NCBI GenBank assembly: GCA_963750165.1
Contig: CAVVPN010000011.1
Coordinates: forward strand, 576,001-640,000
Length of the DNA stretch: 64,000 nt
Direction: 5' to 3'
Origin: an uncultured Gemmataceae bacterium
Lineage (GTDB): Bacteria; Planctomycetota; Planctomycetia; Gemmatales; Gemmataceae
The position numbers were made by a program, and so were the translations under genes. The notes beneath the pieces are model-generated. The model searched no databases and was not told the origin of the DNA. It saw only the letters and a list, made by a program, of their open reading frames with translations. This document shows, piece by piece, positions 58,572 through 64,000 of the stretch. Numbering within the stretch: the first letter of the stretch is position 1; the number at the start of each line of letters is the position of its first letter.

Positions 58572-58967
58572 TCACGCCGCGTTGACACTATCGCTCACCT
58601 CGGCGACCAGCGCCGGCAGGCCGTTGGCCCGCGCCACCAGGGCAGTGGCACCGACGAACCGCGCGAAGCGGCCCATCGACTCCGTGGAGCGCTCGGCGAG
58701 GAGCACCACCTTCATGTTGGGGTGCTCCAGCAAAAGCTTGGCGCAGGTTAACCAGCCGCTCTCGTCGCGGAGGCCGACCGCCAGCACGATGGCCTGGGGC
58801 TCCAGCAGCCGGACCAGCCGGCGCGCTTCGGGGCCGGAACTGGCCAGATGCACTTCCCAGCCGAGCCGTCGGAACTGCCGGCACGTCAACGCCGCGTGGG
58901 CGCTGTGATGATCCGCCAGCACTAACCGTGGGCGGAAATACAGGGGGAGGTCACTTCGAGCGATCAT
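58572..58967 (-). CDS. Stand-alone atypical receiver (REC) domain protein
   Basis: RLVLAD...GWEVHLASSG..A...PQAIVLAVGL.DESG fits the REC pattern without the Asp. Confidence 0.7.
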   Translation of the reverse strand: MIARSDLPLYFRPRLVLADHHSAHAALTCRQFRRLGWEVHLASSGPEARRLVRLLEPQAIVLAVGLRDESGWLTCAKLLLEHPNMKVVLLAERSTESMGRFARFVGATALVARANGLPALVAEVSDSVNAA

Positions 58968-59248
58968 TGGGCACACCCTTCTTCGATTCCGATTCTCGCC
59001 AGGCACTTTCGTTTGTTAAAGGTAGGACATTCCCGGCTACAATGTGGTTCGTTCGTGGGGGAGAAGTCTTACCATCCGCCCAGGAGAGGACGGTTAAGTG
59101 GGCAAATCTTGCACCCGTTTCCAAAAAAATGGCCGAACTGGGCGTCCGGGACAACTTTCTCCTTGCCCAGCCCCCGCGGAGGGGCTATAAGCAGCCCCAC
59201 AGGATCCGATGGCCGACCGTACCGCGATACCGCCGAGGAGTTGACCGC

Positions 59249-60556
59249 ATGGCGAAAAAAATTGCCGTCCCTGTCAAAAAGACGAAGGACAAACCCGCCG
59301 CTGACACCGTCAGCAGCACCAACACGGCTCTGATCAAGCAGGCGCTGGCCGGCAGCGGCGGCGTTCTGCGCCTGGCGCCGACCTGGGTGCCGCGCTCGTT
59401 CCTGATGCCCGGGCGCCGCCTCAAGCTGGCCACCCAGGACCTGTACGCCTACGGGGCCAACCGCGGCGGCATCGACGAGCGCTGGTTCGCCTCGACCACG
59501 CCGGCCGCCAATGAGAACCGCGAACCGGACGAGGGATTGAGTTACGTCGTCCACGACGGCAAGAAGGCGTTCACCCTGAAGGAGGCCATCGACCTCGACG
59601 GCCCGCAGCTCGTGGGCTTGGCGATCTGGGAGAAGTACCGGCGCTGGCCGGTGTACAGCAAGTTCTTCGACAACCTCGGGCCGATCCCGCACCACATGCA
59701 CCAGAGCAACGCCCAGGCCGCTCTGGTCGGACAGCAGGGTAAACCGGAGTCGTATTATTTTCCACCCCAACTGAACTACACCGGCAATCACTTCCCGTAC
59801 ACCTTCTTCGGACTGGAGCCCGGAACGACCAAAAAGGACATCCGCCGTTGCCTGGAGCGCTGGAACGAGGGCGACAACGGCATCCTGGACTACAGCAAGG
59901 CGTACCGGCTCAAGCCGGGCACCGGCTGGTTGGTGCCGCCGTGCATCCTGCACGCGCCGGGTTCGCTGGTCACTTTTGAGCCGCAGTGGGGCTCGGACGT
60001 GTTCGGCATGTACCAGTCGCTGGTGGAGGGCCGGCCGGTGCCCTGGCACCTGCTCGTCAAGGACGTGCCCACGGATCGGCAACACGACCTGGACTACCTG
60101 ATTGAGCAGCTTGACTGGGAGGGCAACGTCGATCCGAGCTTCAAGGACCGCCACTACCTGGAGCCGGTCCCCGTGGCGGACACGGCTGCTGACGGCTATG
60201 TGGATCGCTGGATCGTCTACGGCAAAGTGGGTGGTGAGGAATTGTTCACGGCCCGGGAGTTGACGGTCAACCCGGGTGTGAAGATCACCATCAAGGACAA
60301 CGGCTGTTACGGGCTGATCTGCGTGCAGGGCAGCGGCTGGATCGGCAAGCACCGCTTGCACAGCCCAACGCTGATCCACTTCGGCGACCTGACGGAGGAC
60401 GAGGTGTTCGTCAGCCACGAGGCGGCCCGGGCTGGCGTGAGTTTCGACAACACCGGCACCGAACCGTTGGTGACGCTGCGCTACTTCGGCCCCGGCGTCC
60501 ACCCGCAGGCCCCGGCCGTCGGCGATTATCGCAAACCTAACAGGAACGGCAGATAA
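59249..60556 (+). CDS. Cupin-fold, mannose-6-phosphate-isomerase-like protein
   Basis: DERW, KFFD..GPIPHHMH, GKPE.YY, LHAPG and EPQ..SD motifs. Confidence 0.7.
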   Translation: MAKKIAVPVKKTKDKPAADTVSSTNTALIKQALAGSGGVLRLAPTWVPRSFLMPGRRLKLATQDLYAYGANRGGIDERWFASTTPAANENREPDEGLSYVVHDGKKAFTLKEAIDLDGPQLVGLAIWEKYRRWPVYSKFFDNLGPIPHHMHQSNAQAALVGQQGKPESYYFPPQLNYTGNHFPYTFFGLEPGTTKKDIRRCLERWNEGDNGILDYSKAYRLKPGTGWLVPPCILHAPGSLVTFEPQWGSDVFGMYQSLVEGRPVPWHLLVKDVPTDRQHDLDYLIEQLDWEGNVDPSFKDRHYLEPVPVADTAADGYVDRWIVYGKVGGEELFTARELTVNPGVKITIKDNGCYGLICVQGSGWIGKHRLHSPTLIHFGDLTEDEVFVSHEAARAGVSFDNTGTEPLVTLRYFGPGVHPQAPAVGDYRKPNRNGR

Positions 60557-60582
60557 CCATCAACCGCAGTGAGGCATCTACC

Positions 60583-61509
60583 ATGAAGCGCAAACTCTCC
60601 ATCGGCAGCTGGGCGTACATCTTCAACCAGGAGCAGCCGACCAATGACTTTCACGTCGTTCTGCACAAGTTACAGGATCTCGGCTACGACGGCGTCGAGC
60701 TGGGCAGCTTCGGCGTTCACCCGACTCCTGCCTCGCACCCGACGCGCGCGGATCGGCAGCGTCTGAAAAAAGAGATCGCCGACCACGGCCTGGCGCTGTC
60801 CGGGATCGCCGTGGACCTGTGGAGCTTCAAGAAGCCCGGGCCAAGTATCATGGACGAAAACCCGACGCCCTACCTGGCCGCGTTCCTCGGCTTCGCCACC
60901 TTCGCGGCGGACCTCGGTGTCAAGACGATCCGCGTTGATAGCGTTGAGCCGCCGGACTTCTTCCAGACGAGCAAGATGGACCCGAAGCTGGGCATGGAGC
61001 GCATCGTCAGCGTCTGGGACAGGGCGAGCAAGATGGCGGCGGACGACGGCATGAATATCTGCTGGGAGTTCGAGCCGGGCTTCGTGTTCAACAAACCGTC
61101 GGAGATCCTGCAACTGGTGGACGCGGTGCGCGGCAAGGGCAACCCGAACTTCGGCGTGCTCTATGACACCTGCCACGCATATATGGCTGCCGTTGTCGGG
61201 GCCAATCACGTCGGCGGCAAGGAGATTTTGCCCGGCGGCGATCTGGAACTGCTGCAAAAGCTCAAGGGCAAGATCACGCACATCCACGTGATTGACTCGG
61301 ACGGTTCGCTCAACGAGCACAACACCAGCACGCACAACCCGTTTGGCACCGGCAAGCTAAACTTTGACAAACTCATGCCGGAGTTGATGAATTGCGGCGT
61401 GCCGCATGATTGGTGGTGCGTGGACCTGTGCTTCTGGCCGAACGCCTGGGATGTGACGGCGGACTCCAAGCGCTTCCTGGACGGGCTGCGCAAGAAGTAT
61501 GCCGCGTGA
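60583..61509 (+). CDS. Sugar phosphate isomerase/epimerase (xylose-isomerase-like TIM barrel)
   Basis: GYDGVEL, WEFEPG, YDTCH and HIHVID motifs. Confidence 0.88.
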   Translation: MKRKLSIGSWAYIFNQEQPTNDFHVVLHKLQDLGYDGVELGSFGVHPTPASHPTRADRQRLKKEIADHGLALSGIAVDLWSFKKPGPSIMDENPTPYLAAFLGFATFAADLGVKTIRVDSVEPPDFFQTSKMDPKLGMERIVSVWDRASKMAADDGMNICWEFEPGFVFNKPSEILQLVDAVRGKGNPNFGVLYDTCHAYMAAVVGANHVGGKEILPGGDLELLQKLKGKITHIHVIDSDGSLNEHNTSTHNPFGTGKLNFDKLMPELMNCGVPHDWWCVDLCFWPNAWDVTADSKRFLDGLRKKYAA

Positions 61510-61512
61510 TGC

Positions 61513-61597
61513 GGCGAGCGGCGCGGCGTCAGCCCGCCGGTGCCTCGAAGTGCTTGATACTCCGCAGGACCGGCGGCCTGACGCCGCGCCGCTCGCC
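61513..61597. repeat. REP-like palindrome family A, copy 4
   Basis: Same arms as 12701 with a longer loop. Confidence 0.9.
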
Positions 61598-61655
61598 AGG
61601 GGGGCGTCATTGAACTGTCCGCAGGGCTGAAAAATTATTCTGACGCGCTGGAGTG

Positions 61656-62537
61656 ATGATGACATTCTTGTGTTCTGTTGTGTTGGTCTTGTTCCAGGCT
61701 CCGCAACCGGAGACGCTGGAAAGCCGCCTCGCCCCGTTGGCGAAAGCGCACAAGGGCCGCGTTGCCATCGCCGTCAAGCACCTCGTCACCGGCGAAACCT
61801 ACACGCTCAACGGCGACGAGGCAATGCCGACCGCCAGCCTCATCAAGTTCCCACTCATGCTCGAAGTCTACATGCAGGTCATGGAGGGCAAGCTGAAGTT
61901 GACCGATATGGTCACTCTGACTGAGAAGGACAAGGTGCCGGGCTCGGGCATCCTGACCTATCACTTCAGTGAGGGCGCCACCTTCCCCGTCAAGGACGCC
62001 GTGCGGCTGATGATCGCCTACTCGGACAACACCGCGACGAACCTGGTTCTCGACAAGATCGGCATTGCCTCGACCAACAAGCGCATGGAAGCGTGGGGCT
62101 GCCCCAACACGAAGATCAACGCCAAGGTGTTCCTCGGCAGCAAGACGAGCATCGACCCGGCCCGCACCAAGAAGTACGGCCTGGGTTCCACGACAGCGAA
62201 GGAAATCGTGACGCTACTGGAAAAGGTCCACCAGGGCAAGGTCGTCAGCCCCGCGGTGTGCAAGGAGATGCTGACGCACCTCAAGAATGCCCAGGACAAG
62301 GACTGCTTTCCGCGCTTTCTGCCGGCGAAGACCGTGGTGGCCCACAAGACGGGAGCGGTGTCCGACGCACGCACGGACGGCGGCATCATCTACACGCCGA
62401 GCGGCCCGGTGGCGGTGTGCGTGCTGACGACGGCGAACGCGGACAGGCGCTGGGTTCAGGACAACGCGGGCAGTGTGCTGTGTGCGCGGGTGGCGGAAGC
62501 GGTGTTCAAGCACTTCAACACCAAGACAAAGAAATGA
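61656..62537 (+). CDS. Class A beta-lactamase-like serine hydrolase
   Basis: ASLIK (SxxK), SDN and HKTG motifs; signal peptide. Confidence 0.88.
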   Translation: MMTFLCSVVLVLFQAPQPETLESRLAPLAKAHKGRVAIAVKHLVTGETYTLNGDEAMPTASLIKFPLMLEVYMQVMEGKLKLTDMVTLTEKDKVPGSGILTYHFSEGATFPVKDAVRLMIAYSDNTATNLVLDKIGIASTNKRMEAWGCPNTKINAKVFLGSKTSIDPARTKKYGLGSTTAKEIVTLLEKVHQGKVVSPAVCKEMLTHLKNAQDKDCFPRFLPAKTVVAHKTGAVSDARTDGGIIYTPSGPVAVCVLTTANADRRWVQDNAGSVLCARVAEAVFKHFNTKTKK

Positions 62538-62848
62538 TCGAGAATTGGGTGTGGAAATCGAATTGGGAGCCGGTACTCGCGATACTCGCCTCCCGTGTCG
62601 GCTACGACTTCAGCCTGGATGATGTTGAAGCAATCTATTGGGGGATCGGAGGGACGAACTCGGAAACCGGCCCCTGGTATGAATATCAATTCCCAGGCCA
62701 GCGGGCAGTCTCCCTCAAGTTAGCCCAGGATGTGGGAACGGGCCTGGTTAGCATCCGCCTGGAAGGCGATCCGGAAATCGAGCAGGTGGCTGGCATCGTA
62801 ATGGACATCGCTCAACAATATTTCCTGAGCAAGGCTGGGAGAGAGTAA
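62534..62848 (+). CDS. Small acidic hypothetical protein
   Basis: ATGA and TAATG overlaps with both neighbours; [13 protein letters not shown]... Confidence 0.7.
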   Translation: MIENWVWKSNWEPVLAILASRVGYDFSLDDVEAIYWGIGGTNSETGPWYEYQFPGQRAVSLKLAQDVGTGLVSIRLEGDPEIEQVAGIVMDIAQQYFLSKAGRE

Positions 62849-63990
62849 TGGCGAAGCCCTTGAACATCGGCATGATTGGATACGGCTTCATGGGCCGGGC
62901 GCACAGCAACGCCTTCACCCAGGTCAGCCACTTCTTCGACCTGCCCTACAAGCCGGTCCTCAAGGCCGTCTGCGCCCGCAGCGCCGACAAGGTGAAGCCC
63001 TTCGCCGACCGCTGGGGCTACGAGTCCATCGAAACCGACTGGCGAAAACTGCTCGACCGCAAGGACATCGACCTGATCGACATCTGCACGCCGAACAACC
63101 TGCACGCGGAGATCGCCATCGCCGCCGCCCAGGCCGGCAAGATGATCCTCTGCGAAAAACCGCTCGCCATGAACGGCCCTGAGGGCCTCAAAATGGTCGA
63201 GGCGGTCGAGAAGGCGAAAGTACCCAACATGGTCTGGTACAACTACCGCCGCATCCCCGCCGTCACCCTGGCGAAGCAACTCATTGAGGAAGGCCGGCTC
63301 GGCAAAATCTTCCACTACCGCGCCAAGTTTTTGCAGGACTGGACCATCAGCGCCGACCTGCCGCAGGGCGGCACCGCGCTTTGGCGGCTGGACGTGGCGG
63401 CGGCCGGCAGCGGCGTCACCGGCGATCTGTTAGCGCACTGCATCGACACGGCGCTGTGGCTCAATGGCGGCCTGGCGACCGTCAACGCCATGACCGAGAC
63501 CTTTATCAAGGAGCGCAAGCACAACCTGACGGGCAAGGTGGAGAAGGTCGGCATTGACGACGCCTGTACGTTCATGGGCCGGTTCACCAACGGCTCGCTG
63601 GCGTCGTTTGAATCGACGCGCTATGCCCGCGGCCACAAGGCGCTGTACACCTTCGAGATCAACGGCGAGCACGCTTCGATCTTCTGGGACCTGCACGACC
63701 TGCACCGGCTGCAATACTTCGACCACCGCGACCAGGGCATCGTCCGCGGCTGGCGCTCCATCCACGTCTCGGACGGCGACCACCCGTACATGGGTAAGTG
63801 GTGGGTGCCGGGATTGGCCATCGGCTACGAATCCAGTTTCGTGCATCAGGTGGCCGATTTCCTGGACGGCGTTGGTAAGGGCAAGCCGGCGCAACCGGAC
63901 TTCCGCAATGCGTACAAGACCCAGTTGGTGCTGGACGCGGTGTTGCAGTCGGCGAAGGAACAGAAGTGGGTAAACGTCGCCCAGGGATAG
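62848..63990 (+). CDS. Gfo/Idh/MocA family oxidoreductase
   Basis: [16 protein letters not shown] and GDLLAHCID motifs. Confidence 0.93.
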   Translation: MAKPLNIGMIGYGFMGRAHSNAFTQVSHFFDLPYKPVLKAVCARSADKVKPFADRWGYESIETDWRKLLDRKDIDLIDICTPNNLHAEIAIAAAQAGKMILCEKPLAMNGPEGLKMVEAVEKAKVPNMVWYNYRRIPAVTLAKQLIEEGRLGKIFHYRAKFLQDWTISADLPQGGTALWRLDVAAAGSGVTGDLLAHCIDTALWLNGGLATVNAMTETFIKERKHNLTGKVEKVGIDDACTFMGRFTNGSLASFESTRYARGHKALYTFEINGEHASIFWDLHDLHRLQYFDHRDQGIVRGWRSIHVSDGDHPYMGKWWVPGLAIGYESSFVHQVADFLDGVGKGKPAQPDFRNAYKTQLVLDAVLQSAKEQKWVNVAQG

Positions 63991-64000
63991 GAGGCCCCAT

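Noticed and set aside
59099..59113. Sigma54-like site TGGGCAAATCTTGCA (also TGGGCACAGTTTGCC near 42132)
   Set aside because: The GG-to-GC spacing is 9 nt or less rather than the required 10. It could be another factor's site, but there is no support.
61656..62537. Bona fide class A beta-lactamase resistance gene
   Set aside because: No recognisable E166-x-x-L-N omega-loop motif, so it is only called a beta-lactamase-like serine hydrolase.
1..64000. DGR reverse transcriptase/TR, transposases, integrases, rRNA and tRNA genes
   Set aside because: I saw no RT, DDE/HUH or recombinase motifs in the ORFs and recognised no tRNA or rRNA sequence by eye. A covariance search was not possible.

Overview
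High-GC bacterial chromosome segment. The gene content (DUF1501 Tat protein, PVC-type CxxCH protein, Ser/Thr kinase-FGE fusions, orfY-mch-orf5-orf7 C1-cofactor genes) points to a Planctomycete, probably Gemmataceae-like; this is inference. There are about 50 CDSs. I saw no rRNA, tRNA, CRISPR array or transposase. Nine genes carry an apparent single-base frameshift, most likely long-read consensus errors. The main observations are: (1) an unannotated 20-codon leader peptide (MQSLVSRFWFYFTPLLGVRM) with terminator and antiterminator upstream of DAHP synthase, a candidate attenuator sensing Phe, Trp and Tyr; (2) a kinase-FGE/CLec gene whose 3' end looks like a diversity-generating retroelement variable region, with no TR or RT in the window; (3) three tandem secreted serpins with different predicted P1 residues (E/K/L); (4) two redoxin-heme c-copper monooxygenase proteins bracketing two retropepsin-PDZ proteases; (5) a twice-occurring kinase-FGE / DUF4365 / HicA-like arrangement; (6) a structured ~220-nt transcript with a ~15-nt anti-16S element; (7) many nested palindromic REP/MITE-like repeats.
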